A stretch of DNA of 61,481 nucleotides from an uncultured Bdellovibrio sp. (GCA_963932905.1 CAWVRN010000030.1:1-61481); one strand, 5' to 3'; numbered from the stretch's first letter, positions 18,746 through 28,091 are shown. A program made the numbers and translations. Notes: generated by a model not told the origin, from the sequence alone.

Positions 18746-19143
18746 TATGAAGTTTTGATTACCTGTTCACGTTGTAAACAGCTTTGGACAGTCGTGATGA
18801 GCGTTGGCAAATCAAACTTATCAATCACGCCCAAAAAATTTTCTTTGTGCGGTGGAATTTCAATATTGATAGAATTTGTGAAAAGAATTAGCCGAGTTGG
18901 ATTTTCATTCTTGTTTAAATATTTTAAAATCTCGACACCTGTCCCGTTAGGCATCGAGTAGTCAGAAATAATCAGGTCAAACGTGCGCCCTGATTCAAGG
19001 AGACTGATCGCCTCCGTTCCAGAAGACGCCGTTGAAATGTCAGTCAACTTGATTGAAGTTTCTTTCGGAATTTTTTCGATGAGTAGCTCTCGGTAAAAAT
19101 CTTCGTCATCAACCAAAAGAATGGTTTTTCTATTGATTTCCAT
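18745..19143 (-). CDS. Stand-alone response regulator receiver protein
   Basis: ILLVDDE, DLIISDYSMPNGTG, ILFT; probable start MEINRK. Confidence 0.88.
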   Translation of the reverse strand: MEINRKTILLVDDEDFYRELLIEKIPKETSIKLTDISTASSGTEAISLLESGRTFDLIISDYSMPNGTGVEILKYLNKNENPTRLILFTNSINIEIPPHKENFLGVIDKFDLPTLITTVQSCLQREQVIKTS

Positions 19144-19396
19144 AAAACAAACCTTTGAGCGGGAGGGTACAAAAAAATAAAAGCTGTTCTTCAGGTGGGG
19201 AGTAAATCTGCAAAAGCTCATACAGGTCATAGCAACGGATAGATATTTTGCCAGACTCAGTTTCGTTAAGGACCCGAAGCTGTTGATTTTTGGTCTTAGT
19301 CAGCACACCGTCGATTGAGAGTCCTGTTTGCAGTCGCATTTGTGACAAAGTGTGGCCAATTTTTAAGTTAAACTCTGAAGCTCTTTCTTTATCCAA
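19130..19396 (-). CDS. Small XRE-like HTH protein
   Basis: IGHTLSQMRLQTGLS...ETESGK; GGAGG RBS before TTG. Confidence 0.7.
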   Translation of the reverse strand: MDKERASEFNLKIGHTLSQMRLQTGLSIDGVLTKTKNQQLRVLNETESGKISIRCYDLYELLQIYSPPEEQLLFFCTLPLKGLFYGNQ

Positions 19397-19407
19397 AATT
19401 CCTCCTA

Positions 19408-19510
19408 ATTTAGAAATATTTAGATTATTTTAGTAAAATTTATCATTCTTGAGATAATTTTACGATAAAAATTTATGGAAATTCACCGAAATTTAGATAA
19501 ATTTAGCAAT
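19408..19510. repeat. Array of 10-bp-phased degenerate WTTTAG repeats
   Basis: Units at 19408, 19418, 19428, 19438, 19448, 19458 and 19471, 19481, 19491, 19501. Confidence 0.55.
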
Positions 19511-19560
19511 TTTATAGACTAAGGGAGAGACGTTGCTTTAATCTAGATCTGAGGGACTTT

Positions 19561-19998
19561 ATGGCGAAGAAAAAAGAACAAACCACAAATACGACATTGC
19601 TCAGGCTTAAGAATACTCCATTTAAGACAGCCTCAGAGCTTAAGCAGCACGAGGAAAGAATTCTTCGAGAGGAATGGGAAAATGTCGAACGCGCACGACA
19701 GCGCCGCATTTTACTTCAAAAAGACGAGAACAAAGAAGTCATTGGCCCTTTCTTAAAAGGCTTCAAAGCTAAATTTGTTGGCAGTGGAGACAATTCAGAT
19801 AATTTAGTACGGGTGTACCTGGCCAGTGACGAATCAATACAAATTGATATCGACGACGAGTTGAAAAGCAAAGACGTTAATGGCGCAGTTGAAAGTCTTG
19901 TGAAGTCTTTAACTGAAAGCTTTGTAAATGGATATTTAACGGCTCTTGGCCTTAAAGATGAGAGTCTGTTTCACGCAACGAAAAAGGCCATGAAATAA
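19561..19998 (+). CDS. Hypothetical protein
   Basis: 145-aa ORF with GAGGG RBS. Confidence 0.7.
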   Translation: MAKKKEQTTNTTLLRLKNTPFKTASELKQHEERILREEWENVERARQRRILLQKDENKEVIGPFLKGFKAKFVGSGDNSDNLVRVYLASDESIQIDIDDELKSKDVNGAVESLVKSLTESFVNGYLTALGLKDESLFHATKKAMK

Positions 19999-20224
19999 CC
20001 GGCCAATATCCCTCTGGTGATTTTTCGCTGAGTTCAAATTCAACGACGTATATTTTCAAATTTCCAGCGGCAGTAGTAATAGTAAGCCTACCATCGGCTT
20101 GAAGCTTCGCAAGACTCCGGAATCTTGGATATTCGGCAAGGGCGAGGGACGGTTGGAGCAAATTCTCGGTAAAAAACCTTCGAAAGTATTTTAGTTTTTT
20201 GATCTTCATGAATACTTTGGCCAT
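19952..20224 (-). CDS. Hypothetical protein
   Basis: 90-aa ORF co-oriented with its neighbours. Confidence 0.4.
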   Translation of the reverse strand: MAKVFMKIKKLKYFRRFFTENLLQPSLALAEYPRFRSLAKLQADGRLTITTAAGNLKIYVVEFELSEKSPEGYWPVISWPFSLRETDSHL

Positions 20225-20272
20225 GCGAACAGCATGTTCTAAAGATTCACTTTTAATTAGAATTTTACCTTA

Positions 20273-20482
20273 TCAGAGCTTCTGATTTTTAACTTTTTTT
20301 ACTTTGGCAGAATTATCCTGCCAAAGTAGTCGGGTGTATTTTGAATAAGAAATTTGATCATGTTTGTGGGCATGAATCGCGGCCTGACCCATTCTATAAG
20401 TTAGGTTTACAAATGAATCGCCAATACCCAGTATGAACACGACACCTAAAACCCAAGATAAAAATTTGATTGGAGCATTCAT
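20273..20482 (-). CDS. Small membrane/exported hypothetical protein
   Basis: Hydrophobic N-terminus; ATGA overlap with upstream ORF. Confidence 0.6.
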   Translation of the reverse strand: MNAPIKFLSWVLGVVFILGIGDSFVNLTYRMGQAAIHAHKHDQISYSKYTRLLWQDNSAKVKKVKNQKL

Positions 20483-20772
20483 ATCGCCTTCTTTCTTAAC
20501 CTGCTTGTGGTTGAGTTGAGCTTAAATTGCTTTTGTTCTTTGATCAGTTTTTCAATTTCTCGATTTATAGACTCCTGGATGCTAATTTTTTCAAATTCTT
20601 CTAAATTCATACGCGATACTCCACAGTTACGAATAGTTCGAATACTCACCTGAACGGCGGACCGAGACCTGCCCAGGGCATTGCATATTTTTGGAATTGT
20701 CATGTTTTTGATCCAACGTAGTCTTGCCAGCTCGTTTAAATCAATTCTGACGCTATTCCATCGCACCAGCAC
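20479..20772 (-). CDS. Small HTH-like DNA-binding protein
   Basis: MTIPKICNALGRSRSAVQVSI helix-turn-helix pattern; start uncertain. Confidence 0.6.
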   Translation of the reverse strand: MLVRWNSVRIDLNELARLRWIKNMTIPKICNALGRSRSAVQVSIRTIRNCGVSRMNLEEFEKISIQESINREIEKLIKEQKQFKLNSTTSRLRKKAI

Positions 20773-20833
20773 AGTTTTAATTGCATCTGGTAGTTCAACT
20801 ACTTGTACGTCACTTGCACCATTTCTTTTGTAA

Positions 20834-20846
20834 AATCAATAACTTG
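20834..20846 (+). promoter_or_regulatory. IHF-binding site next to integrase arm repeats
   Basis: AATCAATAACTTG is a perfect consensus match. Confidence 0.6.
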
Positions 20847-20853
20847 AATTAAA

Positions 20854-20888
20854 CAAAAAAATAGACGGAGAGACTAAAAGTCTCTCCG
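20854..20888 (-). terminator. Intrinsic terminator after the integrase
   Basis: CGGAGAGACT-aaa-AGTCTCTCCG stem with T-run on the minus strand. Confidence 0.7.
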
Positions 20889-20900
20889 AATTCATGCTCA

Positions 20901-20919
20901 TAGTGACACTATGGTGACA
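20901..20919 (+). repeat. Putative integrase arm-type site pair
   Basis: TAGTGACACTATGGTGACA, 17/19 identical to 23242-23260. Confidence 0.65.
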
Positions 20920-20925
20920 GTCATT

Positions 20926-22032
20926 TTACTTCCCGTTTGAAACGAGCTTAAAAGTCCTGGGCCTTTGCCTTTCTTCATTCGTAGCTGATTTAGTGGAAAA
21001 TGAAACCACGCTTGATCGCGATTCTAAAAATCCCGGAGCCAAATGCGCGTACTTCAGAGTCATCATTGGGCTGGAATGCCCTAGAAGACCTTGAAGTTCA
21101 GTTAAGCTTCCGCCGTTCATAATGTAATGACTGGCAAACGTATGCCTAAGATCGTGAATTCGAATTTCTCGAACTTCGGCCTGACCACAAATGTGACCAT
21201 GAATTTTACGAATCGTTCGATGATCGTGACGACTGCCATCGGGTCTATGGATCAAAGGTGTGTCAGGATCTAAATACTTTGTTTGAGCTTTGTAAAACTC
21301 GAAAGCCTCAAATAGGGCATCGTTGATTCCTAACCATCGCTCGTTAAATCCTTTTGTCCGCTCTTGCACTTTGCCTGAGGCATCTTCTAGAATTCTCCAA
21401 ATCCGAATTCTTCGTTCACTAAGATCAATGTCCCGCCAGTCCAAAGCTAAGAGTTCACCGATGCGAGCACCGCAGTTTAGCGATAGTGAAGCATACAAGT
21501 AATGGGTATAGTGACTGACTTTGGCAGCCTCCAAATACTTTTCAGTTTCTTCGCCGGTTGCCCAATAGTCCCATTTCGTCATCGACTCTTTTAGTTTTGG
21601 AAGAGGGGTGATCGGATTCTTGCTAACTACATTTTGCCGAAGGGCATCGTTGTATAACTTGCTCACTAGGGCACGAACTCGATTTCGGGTGGCCGGTGCG
21701 AGTTTGTCTTTAGAAATAAGTCTGTCTAAAAAAGTTTCCCATTCCGTCGACATAATTTCAGATAACTTTCGATGGTCGAAAGCAGGAAAAATATATTTAC
21801 GAAGCCGAGCTTCTTCTTGATTAAAAGATGACAAAGGCTGACCATTGTTAAGTCGAGTTTTTAACCAGCCTAATACGTAGTCTTTGAAAACGGGCGAGGC
21901 CAGTTGAATATCAATGCCACTTTCTCGTAATTCTTTTTTTCGTTTCATTTCTAGATACCAACGATCGGCGTCGGTTTTTCTAGAAAAATATTTGCTTAGT
22001 CGAATATTCCTTTGCTTGAATACATTTGTCAA
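20926..22032 (-). CDS. int: Tyrosine recombinase/integrase
   Basis: Catalytic residues in GARIGEL, RTKG, HDLRH, LLGHSS, LKYAH. Confidence 0.95.
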   Translation of the reverse strand: MTNVFKQRNIRLSKYFSRKTDADRWYLEMKRKKELRESGIDIQLASPVFKDYVLGWLKTRLNNGQPLSSFNQEEARLRKYIFPAFDHRKLSEIMSTEWETFLDRLISKDKLAPATRNRVRALVSKLYNDALRQNVVSKNPITPLPKLKESMTKWDYWATGEETEKYLEAAKVSHYTHYLYASLSLNCGARIGELLALDWRDIDLSERRIRIWRILEDASGKVQERTKGFNERWLGINDALFEAFEFYKAQTKYLDPDTPLIHRPDGSRHDHRTIRKIHGHICGQAEVREIRIHDLRHTFASHYIMNGGSLTELQGLLGHSSPMMTLKYAHLAPGFLESRSSVVSFSTKSATNEERQRPRTFKLVSNGK

Positions 22033-22083
22033 TTAGGCGGCGAGGGTAGTTAAAACGGGTCTCGCTGCTTTCATGGCTCGGCC

Positions 22084-23064
22084 TTAAAATTTTGCAGTCT
22101 TTGCACGGGATCTTTTCTTTTCGTTTTTTGTTCGTTTACGCTCGCGATTTTCGAGATACTCATTCAGGGCTTTTTTACTGGATAGCCAAATTCGTCCTTC
22201 TTTATGAGCCTCAAGCTTACCTGAGCGGACCAGTAGATTCAGATATTTACTAGAAAATGAACCGTGTTTTGAAAGCGTTGATAGGGGAACAAGTTGATCT
22301 TTTTTATTTGAAGTGGACTCAATGGCTTTTAGATAAATATTCATCGATCGTTCAACAGCTTGGGCGATAAACTTTTCAATATCGTCGGTACTTCCTTTGT
22401 CGGCTTTTTCTAGTGCCCTATAGTATTTTTGACGATCATTTTTTAAAATTACAACCAACGGGTATCCCTTCTGCATTAAAATTAGATTCATAAACAAGCG
22501 TGCTGTTCGGCCATTACCATCAGTAAACGGGTGTATATTAACTAATTTATGGTGGGCTAGGGCCGCGAGCTGGACAGGGTGCAATTTTCCAGTACTTTTT
22601 TTAATCCAAGCAGTTAGATCTTCCATCAGCTTGGGAATCTTAAAGGCGTCGGGTGGCTTATGACTTGAGCCAGTTATCAATACATTTCCTTGACGATATC
22701 GACCAGCATCGCTGTCTTCAATTTCTTTAATAATTAAATGCTGGAGTGAGCGAATTAACTGTTCACTGATGGTGTGTTTTTTGTCGTGCTCAACCAATTC
22801 GTATAAAAAATGAACGGCTTCGTTGTGATTTTTTGCTTCCAAGTGATCCTTTAATGATTTTCCTTTTACAGTCATTCCGTCGTTAATCACTAGATAGGTT
22901 TCTTTAAGGGTCAATTTGTTACCTTCGATAGCATTTGAATTATAAGTTAAATCAAACGAAAACTGTTCCTTGAGTTTTTTGACTAACTGAGCGGAAAGGG
23001 GCCGTTTTTCTTGGATAAGCTGAAGTTTTTGGTCGATTCGCTCTAGAAAGGCTTTCGATATCAT
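22084..23064 (-). CDS. fic: Fic-domain protein with C-terminal excisionase-like HTH
   Basis: HPFTDGNGRTAR Fic motif; SNAIEGN inhibitory motif; tail SKYLNLLVRSGKLEAHKEGRIW. Confidence 0.92.
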   Translation of the reverse strand: MISKAFLERIDQKLQLIQEKRPLSAQLVKKLKEQFSFDLTYNSNAIEGNKLTLKETYLVINDGMTVKGKSLKDHLEAKNHNEAVHFLYELVEHDKKHTISEQLIRSLQHLIIKEIEDSDAGRYRQGNVLITGSSHKPPDAFKIPKLMEDLTAWIKKSTGKLHPVQLAALAHHKLVNIHPFTDGNGRTARLFMNLILMQKGYPLVVILKNDRQKYYRALEKADKGSTDDIEKFIAQAVERSMNIYLKAIESTSNKKDQLVPLSTLSKHGSFSSKYLNLLVRSGKLEAHKEGRIWLSSKKALNEYLENRERKRTKNEKKRSRAKTAKF

Positions 23065-23065
23065 A

Positions 23066-23191
23066 GTATTCCTTAATATGGTATAGTTATAAAATTAGTC
23101 TATACCATATTAAGGAATACTCAAGAAAATGTGCTAAAAAGAGAAAAATTCTTAATATGGGATGAGGCTTAAATCGAGCTATACCATATTA
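23066..23191. promoter_or_regulatory. Perfect 21-bp inverted repeat plus a degenerate second copy upstream of fic
   Basis: GTATTCCTTAATATGGTATAG (23066-23086) / CTATACCATATTAAGGAATAC (23100-23120); second pair at 23151-23191. Confidence 0.75.
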
Positions 23192-23226
23192 GTGGAATAT
23201 AAATAAAACAGGCATTATCACAAAAG

Positions 23227-23260
23227 TGTCACCACAAAATCTAGTGACAAAATGGTGACA
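23227..23260. repeat. Putative integrase arm-type sites
   Basis: TGTCACCA (inverted copy, 23227) and TAGTGACAAAATGGTGACA (23242-23260). Confidence 0.65.
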
Positions 23261-23380
23261 ACACCAAGGGAATCGGCAGAATTTGAGGGAACTCAGCGGC
23301 TATTAAAAAAAGCAGCTAACGTCTTGTGATTATTGAAAAAGTTCTTTATTTTTACTACCTTACCAAAGCGCCAAGGAAGA

Positions 23381-23441
23381 ACTTAAAATCCTGGGCTTCG
23401 GTCAAACGGGCGTGCCAGTTCGATTCTGGCCCGGGGCACCA
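23381..23441 (+). tRNA. 3' fragment of tRNA-Leu(TAA), att site (not an intact tRNA)
   Basis: CTTAAAA anticodon loop, long variable arm, T-arm GCCAG-TTCGATT-CTGGC, CCGGGGC-A-CCA; no matching 5' half upstream. Confidence 0.85.
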
Positions 23442-23904
23442 ATATGGCAAGTATTCGAACTACGATGCCGTCTTGTTTTTATCTTTTAAAATAGTAATTT
23501 TCTGGTGTTCATACACCTGGGGTGTATAGAATTAGGTTTTTCAATTTTTAATACCTATCTGTAATCATTTGATTTTACTGAATAAGGAAGAAGGTAAAAA
23601 CTTGAAAAGTTGGGGAGCGCTCTTCGTCTATACTGACTGAACTCCCTACGCAACTCATGGGGGCGCCAGCCTGATACCAATGAACCCGATCTATTGGCCA
23701 ATAAGGCTGGCCAGAATGAAAAGTAGCACAACTCCAAAATCATTCCCTAAATGGTCACTTTTATACCATCAATACTATGGCAGCCTAAGTTGTTCGATTT
23801 ATTCAATCTTTTCAAAAGAAATATTTTTGTGTCGGAATCTTGAACATTAAAAGCGCTAAAAACCCTGTTGTATCGTTTGCATACTCTTTTAGTGGAGATT
23901 TCAA

Positions 23905-24468
23905 ATGAAAAAGAGTATTATTTTATTTTTGATAATTAACATCTTTACGAGCTTCGCTTATGCCGGATGGAAGGATTGGTTTGAATCTAGTCCTCCTCGG
24001 CAGCTAGATATTTCGGGAACAACTGCTCAAGGATTTGTAGAACTTAATATCACTAAAGAAAACAACAAGGTACTTGTTAATGGAAATACGGCCACAATGG
24101 GCTTTGTTGAAATTAATTTAGAACGAAGTAATAATGGCATAAACCAAAGCATTACTGGTAATACGGGGCTTGGTGGTATGTTTAAACTTGAAACCTCTCC
24201 CGTGGACAAATACAAATTTTTAACTTCCGGTCACATCGCCTCTCTTGGATGGGTAAATCTAACTACATCCGTACTTAATGACGGTTCTTATTCAATTATT
24301 GGAAATACGGCTTCAATTGGTTTCGTTAATTTATCAGTGAAAAAAGTTGAAAAGGCTCTATCTATATCAGGAAATACAGGGAAAGGTTTTGTAAATTTGA
24401 AAGTTAACGATGTAACAAAGTTAGAAATTCAAAGTTTACCAGTGATCATATTACTTTCTATTAAGTAA
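23905..24468 (+). CDS. Exported beta-repeat protein
   Basis: Signal peptide ending AYA; six GxTxxxGFVxL-type repeats. Confidence 0.75.
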   Translation: MKKSIILFLIINIFTSFAYAGWKDWFESSPPRQLDISGTTAQGFVELNITKENNKVLVNGNTATMGFVEINLERSNNGINQSITGNTGLGGMFKLETSPVDKYKFLTSGHIASLGWVNLTTSVLNDGSYSIIGNTASIGFVNLSVKKVEKALSISGNTGKGFVNLKVNDVTKLEIQSLPVIILLSIK

Positions 24469-24555
24469 TTCTGACCGTGTCCCGAAATTCAGTCCGATTT
24501 TTGAGTTAGAAATTGAGCGTCATTTTCATCCGCTGCCCGAGCTTTAGACTCACTT

Positions 24556-25047
24556 CTATTTTTTTGCTTGATCAGCTAGCATATTCAAACTGAGCATCAA
24601 TCTATCTAAAAGCGCTGTGAAGTGTGGAAGTTCCTCCGTTTCCCCATCCGCATTCAAAATCAATTGAATTTTCATCTCACCATCACTGCTTGCTGATCCA
24701 CGCATCAGCAGCACCATCATTTCGCTTTGCATCCCAATTAAGTGGAATTGTTGGGATTCGGAACCCTGCTTTGCTGCCTGTTTTGCCATTTCTAATTGTT
24801 TTTTTAATGGGAGAATTAAAAGTTCACCGGCGCACTTTTGCCAGCCATTGTGAAGTGAGATAAACTCTCGAAAGGATGGTGGAAGTTTAAAGCCGGCTTC
24901 CTTCTCGAAGGTTTCTATTTCACTCTCTGAAGCGGCTGGACCAGGCTTTGATTTTGACGTCATGCCTTTGTCGATACAAAACTTGTTGTAAACAGTTTCA
25001 AGTTGCTGACAGAGCTGCTGAATTTTAGATTGCTTTTGGACTTGCAT
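24556..25047 (-). CDS. SMI1/KNR4 (SUKH) family protein
   Basis: PAASESEIETFEKEAGFKLPPSFREFISLHNG. Confidence 0.85.
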   Translation of the reverse strand: MQVQKQSKIQQLCQQLETVYNKFCIDKGMTSKSKPGPAASESEIETFEKEAGFKLPPSFREFISLHNGWQKCAGELLILPLKKQLEMAKQAAKQGSESQQFHLIGMQSEMMVLLMRGSASSDGEMKIQLILNADGETEELPHFTALLDRLMLSLNMLADQAKK

Positions 25048-25175
25048 CGCCGACCTTCCCTTTTTTTAATAAAATTTGAATTTAAATCCTAGCATTATTT
25101 AAATACTGATCAACTAAAAGGAATGAAGACCAATTAGGCCTCCATATAAAAAGGTCTGTATTAAAAGCTTCTAAC

Positions 25176-25613
25176 TTGCCAGCAAGCAGCATCACCAATA
25201 AGTACTCGAGCCATTATGTGATTTGTTTCTTCGACGCTCAGGCAGAGAGTGCAATAAGAATCTATTCCGGGAAAAAATATGAAAGAGTTATTGGATTCAG
25301 CCTGGCACTCTTCGAACATGCTTATGAAGGCCGTGTTCTTTATAAAGCACTATCTAGTGGGCAAGGTTGGACTATCGTTCGTAATCATATCGAAGAAATG
25401 CTTGTTCAATTTATGAAAGAAGAAGCACGTCCTCTTTTTAGAAAGAAGTCGTCATCTGATATTCCTTTTGAGGTTTTCATTTATTATTTAGGGTCGACCT
25501 TCATGTCTGTAATGACTTGGTGGCTCAATCACCGTAATCCACTTTCTCCCAAAGAGATAAATGCTCTCTTTAGAGATTTAGTTGTTCCAACATTGGCGGC
25601 GAATCTGAACTGA
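25176..25613 (+). pseudogene. Probable TetR-family C-terminal remnant
   Basis: Helical ligand-domain-like C-terminus (MSVMTWWLN...LSPKEI); no N-terminal HTH and a weak start. Confidence 0.5.
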
Positions 25614-25720
25614 TAAAATTCGCAAGGGTGCTCTTTGAAGTCCTAGCGTCCTGTTTTGGAATAGTAACCCCTTGTTTTCTTATTCTTTTTCTGATGAGAT
25701 TTTGAACGGGAGGTGTGAGA

Positions 25721-26386
25721 ATGAAACACGTGGTATCTATCTATTTTATTGTGGTGAGTTTATTCTTTTTTGAATCCAATGCATCTGACCGTTTTGGTGT
25801 GGTGTTGTTAGTAAAAGGTAAAGTGAAGGTCGTCTCTTCGGGCAGTGACAAGAATGCGGCGGTGGGAATGGATGTGGCTGAAGGCGATAAGTTAACTACT
25901 GGTGCCGAATCAACGGCAAAAATCGTGACTGTCGATCGCAATGTTATTGTAGTTGGCGAAAAATCAGAAATCGTGTTTGAAAAATTCCAACATGAAGATG
26001 ATAGAAAGAAAGCCGTCGTATTGGATCTAAAAGAAGGTAGCGTTCGTAGTTCCATAAAGGAAAAGTATGAACAAAAAGAAGAATATTACCATATTAAAAC
26101 GCCGACATCAGTGGCGGGTGTGCGCGGAACAGATTTTTATGTTGAATATGATGTTGCGGCAAAAGAAAATGTGATTTGTACATTTGAAGGAAAAGTTTCT
26201 TACAAGCCTAATGAATCAAAAATGGGATTCTTAGTTGAAGCAGGAAAATTTATTCGTCACAAAGAAGGCGATGAAGTTAAAGTAATTAGAGCTAAAGAAC
26301 CTTGGGTAGAGAAAACACTTAAGAATTTAGAAGTATCAGGAAAAGAAGAATTCCCATCAAAAGATAAATCAAAAGTAGTTAAATAG
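25721..26386 (+). CDS. Exported FecR-domain protein
   Basis: GDKLTTG, IKTPTSVAGVRGTDFYV, FEGKV. Confidence 0.88.
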   Translation: MKHVVSIYFIVVSLFFFESNASDRFGVVLLVKGKVKVVSSGSDKNAAVGMDVAEGDKLTTGAESTAKIVTVDRNVIVVGEKSEIVFEKFQHEDDRKKAVVLDLKEGSVRSSIKEKYEQKEEYYHIKTPTSVAGVRGTDFYVEYDVAAKENVICTFEGKVSYKPNESKMGFLVEAGKFIRHKEGDEVKVIRAKEPWVEKTLKNLEVSGKEEFPSKDKSKVVK

Positions 26387-26406
26387 ACTACGGAGTAAAT
26401 AAGAAC

Positions 26407-26437
26407 AAAAAAAGGGGATGTGGTTAAACATCCCCTT
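26407..26437 (-). terminator. Intrinsic terminator between convergent genes
   Basis: AAGGGGATGT/ACATCCCCTT stem with flanking A-run. Confidence 0.75.
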
Positions 26438-26464
26438 CGTTTCAAATCAGATAGCAAAATCTAA

Positions 26465-27814
26465 TTAGAAATCTAAGCGTAAGTTAGCGTACGCAGTGTT
26501 AACTTTACGATCAAGCTCTACAGTTGGTCCGATAGTTAAAGCAGAGTATTTGTACTCTTGAGTTCTGTAGCCAACACGTAGTCCTAACTCTGGAGTGAAT
26601 TTGTGTAGCAAGTATACATTGCTAGCAGTACCCGGAGTTGCTTGGAAGTTAGTTAAATCTTCAGCGCCCATATCGAAAATGAAATTTCCGCGTCCACCAC
26701 TTAAGTATTCATAACCAACAAAGTCATTGCTTGCGTATTTATATCGTAAAGACGCCAGTGTTGTTGTGCTGTTTACTTTGTCGTTTTCAGCCGAAGCTCC
26801 GTAACCAAATACAGCTGGAGTTCCACCGATAGAGATAGCGCCTTCGCTCTTCATTTCAGAAGAAAGAACTGATAAGCCCAAATCTACATTTGATTTAGCA
26901 ATATTGGCCATATCTAAAGTCAACGAGTGAACGTTGTATGAGGAAACTGTGCGACCTGTCGCTGCTGCATTTACTTGGTAACCATTAACAGCTAAACCGT
27001 TTACAGTTAAACCTTGATAGATTGCAGTGAAGTTTCCAAATGAGCCCATGTCTTTTGAGTTGTACTCAAGCATCCATGAAGTAACTGCATTTGAACTAGG
27101 TAGTTTATCGCCTGATGTTCCATTGCCGTTAGTCGTTGGTTGAGCTTGGTAGTTAGGAACGCCATTTGTTAACCCAGAAACCACAGTAGTGAGTGGAGAG
27201 TAAATCAAACGAGTTGTGATTGCGCTTCCGCTCATATCATAACTATGCGTTAATGCCGCACCATCCAGTGTTACGTTGTAAACTAGTGCTGGGTATGTAC
27301 CCATTCTTGATTTACCGTTAGCTAAATGATTGGGAGGTCCTTCAATTGTAGAAAGGCGACCGGCACTTAAGATAAAGTTAGAATCAGCGACTTTGATATC
27401 TGCATATGCTCTTTCTAAATAAACTTGTGAACCAGTGTAACCACGAGATACGCCCAGATCAGTTGTTCTGAAATTTAAGCTCGAACCTGTTTGGTTAACG
27501 ATGCTGTTGAAAAATTTAGAAACTGTGTAGCGCGAGTAAAATTTCACATGACTAGAAACGTCGGCGTCTACGTTTAGATAAGTAAGTAAACGCATAAAAT
27601 CTACTTTGTCATCGTAAGCAGCAAATGAAGTTCCTGTTTTTGATTGTTTACCTTCGATATGGTCATACTGAGTGATAAACGCACCAGAGAACTTGAAGAT
27701 ATTCAATGATTGGGCTGCTTCTAACTCGGCAACGCGATCTTCTAAAGATCTTGTTTGAGCGTTAGCTCCTAACGACAATAATACTAAACCTGATAATGCT
27801 AATTGTTTTAACAT
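26465..27814 (-). CDS. Outer-membrane beta-barrel protein (DUF3373-like)
   Basis: Signal peptide, short coiled coil, YLERAY and GRLSTIEGPP, C-terminal Phe. Confidence 0.75.
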   Translation of the reverse strand: MLKQLALSGLVLLSLGANAQTRSLEDRVAELEAAQSLNIFKFSGAFITQYDHIEGKQSKTGTSFAAYDDKVDFMRLLTYLNVDADVSSHVKFYSRYTVSKFFNSIVNQTGSSLNFRTTDLGVSRGYTGSQVYLERAYADIKVADSNFILSAGRLSTIEGPPNHLANGKSRMGTYPALVYNVTLDGAALTHSYDMSGSAITTRLIYSPLTTVVSGLTNGVPNYQAQPTTNGNGTSGDKLPSSNAVTSWMLEYNSKDMGSFGNFTAIYQGLTVNGLAVNGYQVNAAATGRTVSSYNVHSLTLDMANIAKSNVDLGLSVLSSEMKSEGAISIGGTPAVFGYGASAENDKVNSTTTLASLRYKYASNDFVGYEYLSGGRGNFIFDMGAEDLTNFQATPGTASNVYLLHKFTPELGLRVGYRTQEYKYSALTIGPTVELDRKVNTAYANLRLDF

Positions 27815-27830
27815 AATTTAATTCCCTTTC

Positions 27831-28091
27831 CTATTTTCCACCGACAACGTCGCCGCCGCCAGATTTCATACATTTAACTTTACAGCCATCAGCCGCATCT
27901 ACCATTTCGCCATCGGCGCACGTTTTTAGCAGGGCTTTAACTAACTTAAGTGCATCTGCACTTGAGATGTCTTTGCCACCACAACTTTCTTTAACTTTAG
28001 CTTGGATATCTTCCACAGCACCCGCGTGAACCGCCGGCGTTAATGCAAGAAGAATCGCTACAGCTACGAACTTGTTTACGAAGTTCATCAT
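27831..28091 (-). CDS. Small exported four-Cys protein
   Basis: Signal peptide ending VHA; GGAGG RBS. Confidence 0.75.
   Translation of the reverse strand: MMNFVNKFVAVAILLALTPAVHAGAVEDIQAKVKESCGGKDISSADALKLVKALLKTCADGEMVDAADGCKVKCMKSGGGDVVGGK

Larger units (their letters stand above)
1..23441. mobile_element. Integrative element/genomic island; right end at tRNA-Leu 3' fragment, left end outside the window
   Basis: Tyrosine integrase, arm-type repeats, truncated tRNA at 23381-23441, accessory cargo (DGR, Fic, XRE regulators). Confidence 0.75.

Noticed and set aside
23326..23529. 67-aa ORF, or an intact tRNA at this position
   Set aside because: The ORF overlaps the tRNA fragment, and the tRNA lacks its 5' half
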